Assembly (NCBI GenBank): GCA_963662275.1
Contig: OY759316.1
Location: forward strand, 2,816,001-2,880,000
Length of the DNA: 64,000 bases
Direction: 5' to 3'
Source of the DNA: Candidatus Cloacimonadales bacterium
Lineage (GTDB): Bacteria > Cloacimonadota > Cloacimonadia > Cloacimonadales > DAONDQ01
The notes under the pieces are model-generated. The model saw nothing but the letters and a program-made list of their open reading frames with translations. It was not told the origin of the DNA and ran no database searches. The position numbers were made by a program, and so were the translations under genes. Within the stretch, counting starts at the first letter, position 1. Every line of letters begins with the position of its first letter. Below are positions 49,578-59,923 of this stretch, piece by piece.

Positions 49578-50366
49578 ATGGAAAAGATAATGGTCACAGT
49601 TGCACAATATGACTCAGTTTTTGAAGCCGACTTAGCTCGTTCATTTTTAGCTGAGAATGATATCGAATCGTTTGTTTTAAATGAAAACATGAGCCAGATA
49701 TTTCCAATGATCACGAATGATATGTTTCCTGTAGAATTACAGGTTAACCAGGAAGATGAAGAAAAAGCGCTGCATATCCTGGAAGCAGTCACGGATGCTT
49801 ATTATACTCAGAAAATCTTGGAAGAAGCAGGAGCCTTATTGAGTGGGCATTTTTGTTTAACATCAGGGCTACACAGTGATAAGTATGTGGAAAAAATAAA
49901 AATCATCAATGATCCTATCAAGGTAATCGGTTTATGTCAGAAACTTTCTGTCAGGTTGCAGGATATTGAAGCAGATGTGGTGATCGGACCAGCCTACGGC
50001 GGTATTGTACTTGCTTACGAAGTGGCAAAGCAGTTGGGTAAGAAATTTGCCTTCACGCAGCGGGAAAATGACAAAATGATTTTACGCAGTGGTTTTACAA
50101 TGAAGCACGGTATACGGGCAATTGTGATTGAAGATATCATGACAACAGGCGCAAGTGTCTTAGAAGTCATAGAAGCCCTCAAGGAAAATTATGTCGATGT
50201 AGTAGCATTGGGTGTGATTGTTGATCGTTCCCATGGTAAAGCTACTTTCGGTGTACCTGTTGAATCCTTGCTAACACTCGATTTAGAAACATATGAACCT
50301 GCCTCTTGTCCACTTTGTTCCCAAGGTGTGGTACTAGTAAAACCAGGCAGCAGCGATAAGAAATGA
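49578..50366 (+). CDS. pyrE: Orotate phosphoribosyltransferase with an N-terminal DUF2007-like domain
   Basis: GHFCLTSGLHS, GPAYGGI, VIEDIMTTGAS, CPLC...KPGS; N-terminus FEADLARSFLAENDIESFV. Confidence 0.9.
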   Translation: MEKIMVTVAQYDSVFEADLARSFLAENDIESFVLNENMSQIFPMITNDMFPVELQVNQEDEEKALHILEAVTDAYYTQKILEEAGALLSGHFCLTSGLHSDKYVEKIKIINDPIKVIGLCQKLSVRLQDIEADVVIGPAYGGIVLAYEVAKQLGKKFAFTQRENDKMILRSGFTMKHGIRAIVIEDIMTTGASVLEVIEALKENYVDVVALGVIVDRSHGKATFGVPVESLLTLDLETYEPASCPLCSQGVVLVKPGSSDKK

Positions 50367-52087
50367 GAGTTCTGTCAATTACAACGGGTGATCCGGCAGG
50401 GATTGGACCCGAGATCACTGTAAAAGCGCTTCAATTTCATCGGCTTCTTCCCGGATTAGCATATGTTGTCTATGGAAGATATCCTTTCCTTAACCAGGGT
50501 CATAGCATTAAACAGATCAATGATATTTCGGAAGTTGAAGCACCCGGATTGTATCATATTCTCATAGATGATGCATCTATTGTACCGGGATTTCCATCCT
50601 TCACTTCAGGAAAAATTGCCCTCGATATTCTAAAAAGAGTTGCTTCCGACATCAATTCTCAGCAGGTTCATGCAGTTCTCACGGCTCCGGTTTCCAAGGA
50701 ATGGATTCGACATACAGATGCTCATTTCATAGGACATACAGAATTCTTTGCTGAGGAAAGTAATGTCTCTGAAGTAATAATGAGCTTTTGGGGACCTACA
50801 TTCAATCTATCACTGCTAACAACCCACTTGCCTATAGAAGAGATCAGTCAGCATATACAACCTGATTTTCTTCGAAAGAAATTGAAACTGATTGTGAAAG
50901 AAACAATTAAATTATTGCCCAAAGCCAAATTTGCTATACTGGGTGTTAATCCTCATGCAGGGGAAAATGGTGCATTTGGTTCAGAAGATCAAACCATTAG
51001 CATGATTTTAGCTGAATTAAAGGAAACCGATAATATCGTTATTGATGGACCTTTCCCTGCTGATACTTTCTTTAACTCTAAGTATGAGCAATACCAGATG
51101 ATAATTTCTGCTTATCACGACCAAGGGCTGGTGCCATTCAAACTTCTGTCATTTAACCGAGGAGTCAATGTTACTTTAGGTTTACCCTATTTCAGAGCCT
51201 CTGTAGACCACGGAACTGCATTTGATATTGCTGCTTCTTTCCAGGCAAATCATACCAGTATGTCAACGGCTCTGCAATTCCTGGAAAATCGATTAACACA
51301 AAACGTTAAAGTAACTTCTTCCTATGGCGTTTTTGCTGAATTCTATGATCATTATATGCAGCATGTTCAATATGATGATTGGGTTGAATTCATTCTAACT
51401 CAATTTACTTTTTTGAAAAAGAGAAATCCGCATCGCATCCTGGAAATAGCTTGCGGAACTGCCAATATTGCCACCCGGATGAAAAGAAAAGGTCTCAACG
51501 TCACCGCGTGTGATCTTTCTGAAGACATGCTTTCCGTCGCTGCTGCCAAAGCAAATAAGCCTGACCTATACCAAGCAGATATGGTTGATCCTATTGCTGA
51601 AGAAAAATACGACCTTATTATCTGTCTTTTCGATAGTATCAATTATCTGGTAGATGAGCAGAAGGTGCTGACGATGCTGCAGCATGTGAAAAGTGGTTTA
51701 ATGTCCGGAGGAATCTTTATTTTCGATATCTCAACACATTTGAATAGCCTAGATTATTTCGATGATTATCTGAATGTTGATGAAGACCCTGGTAATGTAG
51801 TTATTCATCGTGCCAATTTTGATAACAATACCTGGATGCAGTATAATGATTTATCACTCTTCGTAAAGAAAAACAACATCTTTTTCCGCTTCCGTGAAAA
51901 ACATGAACAACGTATCTATAAAACGAAGGAAATCTTGGAAATGGTGGAAAAATCAGGAATGAAACTCCTGGGTATTTACGGAGGCTTGATTCCCAAGAAT
52001 CTGAAGAATCATAACCCGGGAAAGTTAGATCATTATTATACACGCATCTTCTTTATGCTGCAAAAGCCTGATACTCTAAAAAAATGA
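50363..52087 (+). CDS. pdxA: PdxA-family dehydrogenase fused to a class I SAM-dependent methyltransferase
   Basis: GDPAGIGPE, GHTE, NPHAGE, YHDQG, VDHGTAFDIA; then ILEIACGT, DLSEDML, FDSINY. Confidence 0.88.
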   Translation: MRVLSITTGDPAGIGPEITVKALQFHRLLPGLAYVVYGRYPFLNQGHSIKQINDISEVEAPGLYHILIDDASIVPGFPSFTSGKIALDILKRVASDINSQQVHAVLTAPVSKEWIRHTDAHFIGHTEFFAEESNVSEVIMSFWGPTFNLSLLTTHLPIEEISQHIQPDFLRKKLKLIVKETIKLLPKAKFAILGVNPHAGENGAFGSEDQTISMILAELKETDNIVIDGPFPADTFFNSKYEQYQMIISAYHDQGLVPFKLLSFNRGVNVTLGLPYFRASVDHGTAFDIAASFQANHTSMSTALQFLENRLTQNVKVTSSYGVFAEFYDHYMQHVQYDDWVEFILTQFTFLKKRNPHRILEIACGTANIATRMKRKGLNVTACDLSEDMLSVAAAKANKPDLYQADMVDPIAEEKYDLIICLFDSINYLVDEQKVLTMLQHVKSGLMSGGIFIFDISTHLNSLDYFDDYLNVDEDPGNVVIHRANFDNNTWMQYNDLSLFVKKNNIFFRFREKHEQRIYKTKEILEMVEKSGMKLLGIYGGLIPKNLKNHNPGKLDHYYTRIFFMLQKPDTLKK

Positions 52088-52725
52088 ATCAGCTTTTTCA
52101 GAATGATCAAGAACTGAAAATGCAATTTCCGATCATCGCCGGTATTGATGAAGCTGGTAGAGGTCCGTTAGCCGGTCCGGTTGTGATTGCAGCAGTTATT
52201 CTCCAAGATAATTATGAACATCCATTGATTAACGATTCCAAGAAATTGACTGAAAAGGTACGAGAACTTCTTTATCATGAAATTCAACAGCATTCGGTCG
52301 CTTATCACATTGAAGTTATTTCACCACAAGTAATTGATTCCATGAATATCCTCCAAGCAACATTATTGGGGATGAGGTTGTGTGCTGAGAATTTACAGAT
52401 AACACCTGATCTGTGTCTGGTTGATGGTAACAAACTTCCCAGGAATATGCCATATCCGAGCCAGGCGGTAGTCAAGGGAGATGGTCTGCATGCCTGTATC
52501 GCTGCAGCTTCTATCTTGGCTAAAGTAACTCGAGACAGGATCATGATCGATATGGATACTAAGCATCCCGGTTACGGATTTGCTCACAATAAAGGTTATC
52601 CTACAAAAGAGCATCTTCAGGCAATCGAAAAGCTGGGTATTCTGAAAGATCATCGGCTAACTTATAGACCAATAGAGCAGTTAACGTTTAGATTCAATAT
52701 TTTCATTGACTCGGAAAAGAAATAG
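52084..52725 (+). CDS. rnhB: Ribonuclease HII
   Basis: GIDEAGRGPLAGPV, DSKKL, VDGN, IAAASILAKVTRD. Confidence 0.97.
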   Translation: MNQLFQNDQELKMQFPIIAGIDEAGRGPLAGPVVIAAVILQDNYEHPLINDSKKLTEKVRELLYHEIQQHSVAYHIEVISPQVIDSMNILQATLLGMRLCAENLQITPDLCLVDGNKLPRNMPYPSQAVVKGDGLHACIAAASILAKVTRDRIMIDMDTKHPGYGFAHNKGYPTKEHLQAIEKLGILKDHRLTYRPIEQLTFRFNIFIDSEKK

Positions 52726-52772
52726 TTTATACTTCCTTATATCTGAATTAAAACTTCTATGGAGGCTTCACT

Positions 52773-55262
52773 ATGAAACGAGATGAAAAATTCTATGAAC
52801 ATAACGCCCTCAATGAAGAAGGACTGGAGAATTCTCCCCAGCATATTATCGATTCTTATTATAATCATTTACATTATACCCTGGCGAAGGATACCTATTC
52901 ATATACAATTCGAGATGCTTATATGAGTATCGCATATACAATCAGGGATCAATTGATTGCCAATTGGCTGAAAACACAACAGCAATATTATACAGATGAT
53001 GCGAAGCGCGTCTATTATTTATCTATGGAATTCCTGATGGGGAAGACACTCAACAACAGCCTTATCAATCTAGGGATTTTGCATAACGTACAGGATGCTC
53101 TTCATCAAATGGATCTTTCTCTTGAGGAAATCGAAGAGCTGGAAATAGATGCCGGTTTGGGTAATGGTGGCTTAGGAAGGCTTGCTGCATGTTATCTGGA
53201 TTCTATGGCAACCTTACAACTACCTGGTTTTGGTTATGGTATCCGTTATGAATATGGAATCTTCTTTCAGCATTTCTATCATGGCTGCCAAGTGGAAACA
53301 CCTGATAATTGGCTTCGATATGGAAATCCGTGGGAAATAGCCAGGCCGGAAGTACTGTTCCCTGTCAGATTTGGTGGACAGGTTTCCATCACATTTGATA
53401 AGGAAAAATGTCCACATTATCACTGGAAGGATTCAGAAATCGTCATGGCGATGGCATATGATATTCCTATTCCTGGTTATGGAAATAAAACTGTTAATAC
53501 GTTGCGTTTATGGTCAGCAAAATCTTCTCGTGATTTGAATCTCGATTCGTTCAACGAAGGATTGTATATAGATGCTGTTCAGCAAAAAGATTTATCGGAA
53601 TCGATCTCCAAAGTTCTTTATCCAAACGATAAGACAACAGAAGGAAAAGAACTTAGATTACGCCAGGAATATTTCTTCGTTTCAGCAACCTTGCAGGACA
53701 TATTTAGGAGATTCGAGAAATCTCAAACCGATTATGAGATATTCCCAGAGAAGATAGCCATCCATCTCAATGATACTCACCCTTCTCTTGCCATTGCTGA
53801 TCTGATGCGCATCTTTATGGATGAAAAAGGATTATCCTGGGATACTGCCTGGGGTATAACATCCAAAGTATTTGCCTATACAAATCATACGCTTCTACCG
53901 GAAGCCTTGGAACATTGGAATTCAGATCTGATGCAGCGTTTACTTCCCCGTCACCTGGATATTATCAACGAGTTAAATAAACGTTTCCTGGATCGGGTGA
54001 TTCATTTGAATCCGAACGATCCGGACAAAATACACAGGCTTTCCATCGTTAGCGATGGCCCATCTGCCTCGATTCAGATGGCAAAGCTGGCAATTATTGG
54101 TAGTCATTCAGTCAATGGTGTTTCCGTGTTGCATTCAGAACTTCTTAAAACTAAACTATTTAAAGATTTTAACGAACTTGCTCCTGAGAAATTCACTAAT
54201 ATCACGAATGGTATTACTCAACGCAGGTGGCTTCTGTTGTGTAATCCACGTCTTTCAAACCTGATTACTTCAACGATCGGGGATAAATGGATTACCGATT
54301 TAAGCAAACTAACCGAATTGCTTCCCTATATTGATAATCAAACGTTTATTAAAGCATGGCAGGAAATTAAGAATGCCAATAAAGCGGAATTCAATCATTG
54401 GTTAAAAGATAAATTGAATATAGTAGTCCAGGAAGATAGTATGATGGATTTCCAGGTGAAACGGATACATGAATATAAACGACAATTATTGAATATTCTC
54501 CATGCAATTCATCTGTATTGTAAGATTCTGAAAAATCCGACCGCAGATATGATATCCAGGACAGTGATCTTTGCAGGTAAAGCTGCCCCCGGTTATGACA
54601 TGGCAAAGCTCATCATACATTTCATTAATTCAGTAGCGCAAGTCATAAATCATGAACCTTTAATGAAGAACAAACTACGAATTATTTTCATTCCGAATTA
54701 CGAAGTTTCCATGGCTGAAAGAATATTCCCGGCTGCTGATCTTTCCGAGCAGATATCGACCGCTGGAATGGAAGCATCTGGAACTGGAAATATGAAATTC
54801 TCCCTGAATGGAGCGTTAACAATTGGAACCCTGGATGGTGCTAATATCGAAATTCGGGAAGCAGTAGGTGCTGATAATTTCTTTCTTTTTGGTATGACTG
54901 CCCAGGAAATCCAGGATTTACAGACTCAGCATTACAATTCCAGGTCATATTATATAAATAATCCCGATATCAGAGAAGTACTGGATATGATTAATTCGGG
55001 TCATTTTGATTTGGGAAACCCAAAAGTCTTTTATCCTATTCTTGATTCTCTCTTAAACCAGGGTGATCAATATTACATTTTAGCTGATTTTGCTTCCTAT
55101 GCTGCCTGCCAGGAACGAGTCGCTTTAGAATTCAAGGATCAAGATACCTGGACGCGAAAATCAATTATTAATGTTGCCAACATGGGTGTTTTTTCCTCTG
55201 ATCGTGCTATTCAAGAATATGCTGAGAAAATCTGGAAATTACCCTCAATTCCGATTCGATGA
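52773..55262 (+). CDS. glgP: Glycogen/alpha-glucan phosphorylase
   Basis: GLGNGGLGRLAAC, LNDTHP, KRIHEYKRQ, EASGTGNMK. Confidence 0.97.
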   Translation: MKRDEKFYEHNALNEEGLENSPQHIIDSYYNHLHYTLAKDTYSYTIRDAYMSIAYTIRDQLIANWLKTQQQYYTDDAKRVYYLSMEFLMGKTLNNSLINLGILHNVQDALHQMDLSLEEIEELEIDAGLGNGGLGRLAACYLDSMATLQLPGFGYGIRYEYGIFFQHFYHGCQVETPDNWLRYGNPWEIARPEVLFPVRFGGQVSITFDKEKCPHYHWKDSEIVMAMAYDIPIPGYGNKTVNTLRLWSAKSSRDLNLDSFNEGLYIDAVQQKDLSESISKVLYPNDKTTEGKELRLRQEYFFVSATLQDIFRRFEKSQTDYEIFPEKIAIHLNDTHPSLAIADLMRIFMDEKGLSWDTAWGITSKVFAYTNHTLLPEALEHWNSDLMQRLLPRHLDIINELNKRFLDRVIHLNPNDPDKIHRLSIVSDGPSASIQMAKLAIIGSHSVNGVSVLHSELLKTKLFKDFNELAPEKFTNITNGITQRRWLLLCNPRLSNLITSTIGDKWITDLSKLTELLPYIDNQTFIKAWQEIKNANKAEFNHWLKDKLNIVVQEDSMMDFQVKRIHEYKRQLLNILHAIHLYCKILKNPTADMISRTVIFAGKAAPGYDMAKLIIHFINSVAQVINHEPLMKNKLRIIFIPNYEVSMAERIFPAADLSEQISTAGMEASGTGNMKFSLNGALTIGTLDGANIEIREAVGADNFFLFGMTAQEIQDLQTQHYNSRSYYINNPDIREVLDMINSGHFDLGNPKVFYPILDSLLNQGDQYYILADFASYAACQERVALEFKDQDTWTRKSIINVANMGVFSSDRAIQEYAEKIWKLPSIPIR

Positions 55263-55540
55263 GAAATAACCTCTCTCGTTGAAATGGATACAACACCCGA
55301 TCCTAACTGAATAAAGTGACATCGATAATACGGGCAAAGCTGTTTTTTGCTTCTCGTATTAAGCCTCTAATTCATTTTCTTAAACTATTTTAGTAATCAG
55401 TTAATGTTATATAATTATTTGCATCTGGAACTATAATAATTGTATATTTTAAAAAGCTTGACACAGGATAGAGCTATATATTAAAATTGAATTATTCGAA
55501 AATAGATTCTATTCAGTCATTCAACAAAAAGGGGGAAACT

Positions 55541-57772
55541 ATGGAAAAACGTTGGTCATTATTGATTGTTTTTATGATTCTTGCTTGGGGCTCTGTTATG
55601 GCTCAGGATGGAAATTGGATTAGCTACACATGTGGAAAAACTGTCTCTAGTCAAGTTGTTGAAGGTGATTACATTTGGCTATGTACGGAAGGTGGACTGG
55701 TCAAAATGAATCGAACTACAGGTGCTGTCACTTACTATAACGGTTCGAATTCAGGTTTACCCAGCAACAAATTGAGCTGTATTGCTCTGGATTCTTCAAA
55801 CAATAAGTGGATTGGCACAACCGCAGGTGAACTCGTCCGTTACGATGGAACCACTTGGACAGTTTACAATCACGAAAATTCGGGAATGCCGGATAATAGC
55901 ATCACATGTTTGGCTGTTGATAACCTGAATGTGAAGTGGATTGGTACACTAACCAAAGGTGTTGTCAAGTTCAATGGAATAAGTTGGTCTATCTACAATA
56001 ACACTAATGCACCGTTGCCAGGTGGAGATTTTACTTCCGTGAACTGTATTACTGTTGATTCTTCAAATAATAAATGGATTGGTGCTTATACTGGACAATA
56101 TGGCAGCGGTGGTGTTTTTAAATTTGATGGTACTACCTGGACGGTATATAACGAACAAAACACAAGTATGGGGCTATCTAATGATGTACGTTGTATTGCC
56201 ATTGATCATCAAAATATTGTTTGGGCGGGAGCCCATTATGGACTCCACAAGTTTGACGGAACTACATGGACTTGGTACTATAGTGGTAATAGTGCTATTC
56301 CGGAAGAATATATCAAGTGTATAGCAATTGACTCGGATAACAACAAGTGGCTCGGGACAAATAGCCGCGGGCTGGTCAAGTACGATGGAACAAACTGGAC
56401 GACATATAACCAAAGCAATTCAGGTATTCCTGGAGATTGGTTAGTTAATCTTACTATCGATTCCTCAGGGAACAAGTGGATTGGGATCCCTGATAAAGGA
56501 ATCACCCGTTTCAATGGCACCACATGGTCTCTATTCAATACAACTAACTCAGGGATGTCTTCCAACTATATCAATTGTATTAAATTTGATACGCAAGGCA
56601 ATCAATGGATTGGAACTTCAGGGGGAGGAGTGGTCAAATATGACGGAACAAACTGGACTGTTTATAATACTTCGAATTCAGGATTGCCAAATAATGATGT
56701 TAACTGTCTGAATGTAGATTCCCAGGGAACCAAATGGATTGGCACTAATGGGGGTTTAGCCAAGTTCAACAATACTTGGACGGTTTATAATGAAGGGAAT
56801 TCGGGCATAACATCGAATATAGTTTACCAAATTGATTTCGATGCAAGTGGGCAGGTAATCATTGGGACTTATGATGGACTTTGTCTATTTGATGGTACAA
56901 ATTGGTCTTATGGGATGTCAGGTGTTGTGATAACAGCACTTGCTGTGGATGCTACAAACACTACATGGATGGGTTCCTGGAATTATAACACAAATACTGG
57001 GAAACTATGGTGGTGGAATGACTCCAATTCAGGTTTTTTTGATACAGGTAATTCAGCTCTTCAGTCTAATCATATAACCTCAATAGCTTTCGATTCGCAG
57101 GGTCATAAGTGGATCGGAACAGTTGGACTTTATAATAACAATGATGATGAAATAGGTGGATTAGCTCATTATGACGGAACATCTTGGACCGTTTATGACA
57201 GTCTCAATTCAGGGATGCATTATAATGCAGTAAGTGATTTAGTGATAGGTCCACAGGATCAAATATGGATGTCAAATTATGCTAACCACAACTGGGTGAA
57301 TACAGGTGGTATCTCTATGTTCAATGGTACTAACTGGTATTCATTATCTCCATCTAATTCTTCTATGCCCTATTATAAGGCTAATTGCATAGCAATAGAT
57401 TCACAAGGCAGAAAATGGGTAGGGTTTTATGACAATGGATTAGCCCTCTATACCGGTGATATAACTCCAATTGATGATCAGATAGCTGCATCTATTTCAT
57501 CATTAACTCTATCCAATTATCCAAATCCATTCAATCCCTCAACCACCATACAATATTCATTACCAAAGACTAGCCATGTTCGGCTTAATATTTACAATAT
57601 CAAAGGACAATTAGTGAAAACCCTGGTAGATGAATTTAAAACTACTGGTAATTACACTGTTACCTGGCATGGAACAGACTTGAACCGAAAATCAGTTGCG
57701 AGTGGAGTTTATTTCCTTCATTTGGAAACCGCTGAAAGAACACTAATCAATAAGGTTATTCTATTGAAGTAA
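55541..57772 (+). CDS. Secreted two-component-regulator-propeller repeat protein with sorting domain (PorZ-like)
   Basis: Signal peptide; about 14 repeats NSGLPxNxVxCIAxDxxxNKWIGT; SNYPNPFNP tail. Confidence 0.88.
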   Translation: MEKRWSLLIVFMILAWGSVMAQDGNWISYTCGKTVSSQVVEGDYIWLCTEGGLVKMNRTTGAVTYYNGSNSGLPSNKLSCIALDSSNNKWIGTTAGELVRYDGTTWTVYNHENSGMPDNSITCLAVDNLNVKWIGTLTKGVVKFNGISWSIYNNTNAPLPGGDFTSVNCITVDSSNNKWIGAYTGQYGSGGVFKFDGTTWTVYNEQNTSMGLSNDVRCIAIDHQNIVWAGAHYGLHKFDGTTWTWYYSGNSAIPEEYIKCIAIDSDNNKWLGTNSRGLVKYDGTNWTTYNQSNSGIPGDWLVNLTIDSSGNKWIGIPDKGITRFNGTTWSLFNTTNSGMSSNYINCIKFDTQGNQWIGTSGGGVVKYDGTNWTVYNTSNSGLPNNDVNCLNVDSQGTKWIGTNGGLAKFNNTWTVYNEGNSGITSNIVYQIDFDASGQVIIGTYDGLCLFDGTNWSYGMSGVVITALAVDATNTTWMGSWNYNTNTGKLWWWNDSNSGFFDTGNSALQSNHITSIAFDSQGHKWIGTVGLYNNNDDEIGGLAHYDGTSWTVYDSLNSGMHYNAVSDLVIGPQDQIWMSNYANHNWVNTGGISMFNGTNWYSLSPSNSSMPYYKANCIAIDSQGRKWVGFYDNGLALYTGDITPIDDQIAASISSLTLSNYPNPFNPSTTIQYSLPKTSHVRLNIYNIKGQLVKTLVDEFKTTGNYTVTWHGTDLNRKSVASGVYFLHLETAERTLINKVILLK

Positions 57773-57914
57773 GAGTAAACAGCTTACAACCTCTAATTAC
57801 TAGAAGCAAAAGGTTGAGAAATGTGTTGAAAAATATCAACAACTAGAGCGTATTTATATGCTACTAATTCCTTGAAGCACATACTATTGATAAAAAAATA
57901 CTCATATTAAGTAT

Positions 57915-57943
57915 TTGACACTATCAACTATTCAGATTATACT
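57915..57943 (+). promoter_or_regulatory. sigma70-type promoter
   Basis: TTGACA-17 bp-TATACT. Confidence 0.7.
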
Positions 57944-57973
57944 ATGGAAAGAAAGTATTACAAGGAGTTAGTT

Positions 57974-58210
57974 ATGAAAAATGTAGTTGTCTTTTCCACA
58001 CCCACATGCCCCTGGTGCACAAAGGTTAAACAATATCTGAAAGCCAAGGAAATCCCTTTTAAGGATTTAGATGTTTCAATGAATTCACGCGCAGCACAAG
58101 ATATGATTCGTAAATCAGGTCAGACAGGAGTACCACAGATTTGGGTTGATTCACAAGCTGTTGTTGGTTTTGACAAAGCGAAACTTGATCGCTTGCTTGA
58201 AATCTCATGA
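57974..58210 (+). CDS. Glutaredoxin-like protein (NrdH/YruB family)
   Basis: AAGGAG RBS; TPTCPWC, SGQTGVP, VVGFD. Confidence 0.92.
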   Translation: MKNVVVFSTPTCPWCTKVKQYLKAKEIPFKDLDVSMNSRAAQDMIRKSGQTGVPQIWVDSQAVVGFDKAKLDRLLEIS

Positions 58211-58395
58211 TGAAAATCATTATTTATGTTACCAGTTCGGTTTTAGGAGCTAGTATTGGATTCTTAATTTATAAATATATCGGATGTCGATCCGGTTCCT
58301 GCCCAATCACTTCAAATCCGTACTTAAGTATGATATTTGGTATGCTTTTTGCCATTACTTTGGCATCTGTATTTGTTGACAAATTAGTTAAATAA
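58207..58395 (+). CDS. Small membrane protein (DUF6132-like)
   Basis: Two hydrophobic helices around IGCRSGSCPITSNPY; ATGA overlap with the glutaredoxin gene. Confidence 0.75.
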   Translation: MMKIIIYVTSSVLGASIGFLIYKYIGCRSGSCPITSNPYLSMIFGMLFAITLASVFVDKLVK

Positions 58396-58409
58396 GATCT
58401 CTCAAACCG

Positions 58410-58441
58410 GGAATCCCTGAATACCAGGGGTTCCTTTTTTT
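58410..58441 (+). terminator. Intrinsic terminator
   Basis: GGAATCCCTG-aatac-CAGGGGTTCC followed by a T-run. Confidence 0.8.
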
Positions 58442-58572
58442 CCTTATCCTTATTTTTTATAGTAATCTTTAGCATCTTGTTGAGGCATTTACACAAAATT
58501 GATTTGACAATATTACACTAGCCTTTTATATAAATCCATAATTATGTTGTTTATTCTTGGGAGGAACAGATA

Positions 58573-59820
58573 ATGAATAAATTGTACATTATGATTGTAT
58601 CCATCATACTTTTTGTGCAAGTTTCTGCATTTGGTACAACGGCATCAAGATTAGAGCAAATATACAGTATGAACTACGCCGGGTCTTTATCTGTTCCAGG
58701 CAGTGCAAATATAACTACGGGTTATCATTATAATCCTGACTTTTTTCTTGATTTGCATGGCATAAGTACACGTAGGGTTTCAGTTGATGAAATGGGAAAT
58801 ATCCATGAATACAATACGAACGAAACCTGTGAGACTGATACAATCTTCACAGATGGTCTCTTAACAATTACCATATCCCATTATGATAGCTTGGATACTT
58901 ATAAAGGTAGGGAAATTCGAGTTCTTGATTATCTGGGACGCAAAATCTCATATGAAAATTATGGAAGCGGAGATGAACTGAATTATGGGGAATATATATA
59001 CTATGACTCACATTCACAGCCGGATTACATCCAGTACAACCAAGGACTAAGCTCTGAATATAATCGACGCTACATTATGAGTTACGATAATTTTGACCGA
59101 AAAACTGCAGTGGAGGTATATTACATTCTTAATGATGCCTGGGTATTTGAAGGTCGCTACGATATTTCTTACCTTTCCCAATTTGGATATACTTTGGATT
59201 TGTCATATCCTGATGGACCTTCACTTAATTCATATACTGATTATAACAGGCTTCTTAGGACTATATTCGATAATAAATGGCAGTTTAATGATATCACATA
59301 TACTCCCGCAGGAGGTTCAGCGGAGTTGCAGCCTTGGTCTTGTGTAGTCAATGACAGTATTACAATCAAATATAATTATACTGTTATGTATAATGAAACA
59401 CAATCTTTTACTTTCCAGAGTGACGGAAAATTGAAGCAAAACTATTTCAATCATGTAGAAGGTCATTATGGATCAACAATTTATACTTATTATACTTGGG
59501 AATCAGGCGTTCCGATAAATGATCCGATCGCTACTCCACATTACTGCAGTTTGGAACAAAACTACCCCAATCCATTTTCTGGAACTACCAACATCAAATA
59601 TACACTGAATGAAGCAATGCCGGTCACCTTAAACATCTATAATATAAAAGGGCAATTTGTACATACAATCTTCAAAGGGTTTATGACTCCTGCTGAGTAC
59701 ACATTGGAATGGCAGGGAACGGATGCAGATAATCATAGACTTCCCTCAGGTATCTACCTTCTGCGTTTAAAGGCAGGTATTGAAACAGTAACCAGAAAGG
59801 TTGTCTTACTGAAAAACTGA
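58573..59820 (+). CDS. Secreted hypothetical protein with C-terminal sorting domain
   Basis: GGAGG RBS; signal peptide; QNYPNPF...SGIYLLRL...KVVLLK. Confidence 0.85.
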   Translation: MNKLYIMIVSIILFVQVSAFGTTASRLEQIYSMNYAGSLSVPGSANITTGYHYNPDFFLDLHGISTRRVSVDEMGNIHEYNTNETCETDTIFTDGLLTITISHYDSLDTYKGREIRVLDYLGRKISYENYGSGDELNYGEYIYYDSHSQPDYIQYNQGLSSEYNRRYIMSYDNFDRKTAVEVYYILNDAWVFEGRYDISYLSQFGYTLDLSYPDGPSLNSYTDYNRLLRTIFDNKWQFNDITYTPAGGSAELQPWSCVVNDSITIKYNYTVMYNETQSFTFQSDGKLKQNYFNHVEGHYGSTIYTYYTWESGVPINDPIATPHYCSLEQNYPNPFSGTTNIKYTLNEAMPVTLNIYNIKGQFVHTIFKGFMTPAEYTLEWQGTDADNHRLPSGIYLLRLKAGIETVTRKVVLLKN

Positions 59821-59923
59821 TATTACTGCTATCTCTGTGCAAGTCAACAGGTGATATCAATTCTTGCTGGGAAAATCATCGCAGAATATGCTTACTACGT
59901 TCAATTAGATTAATGCTTTCAGG

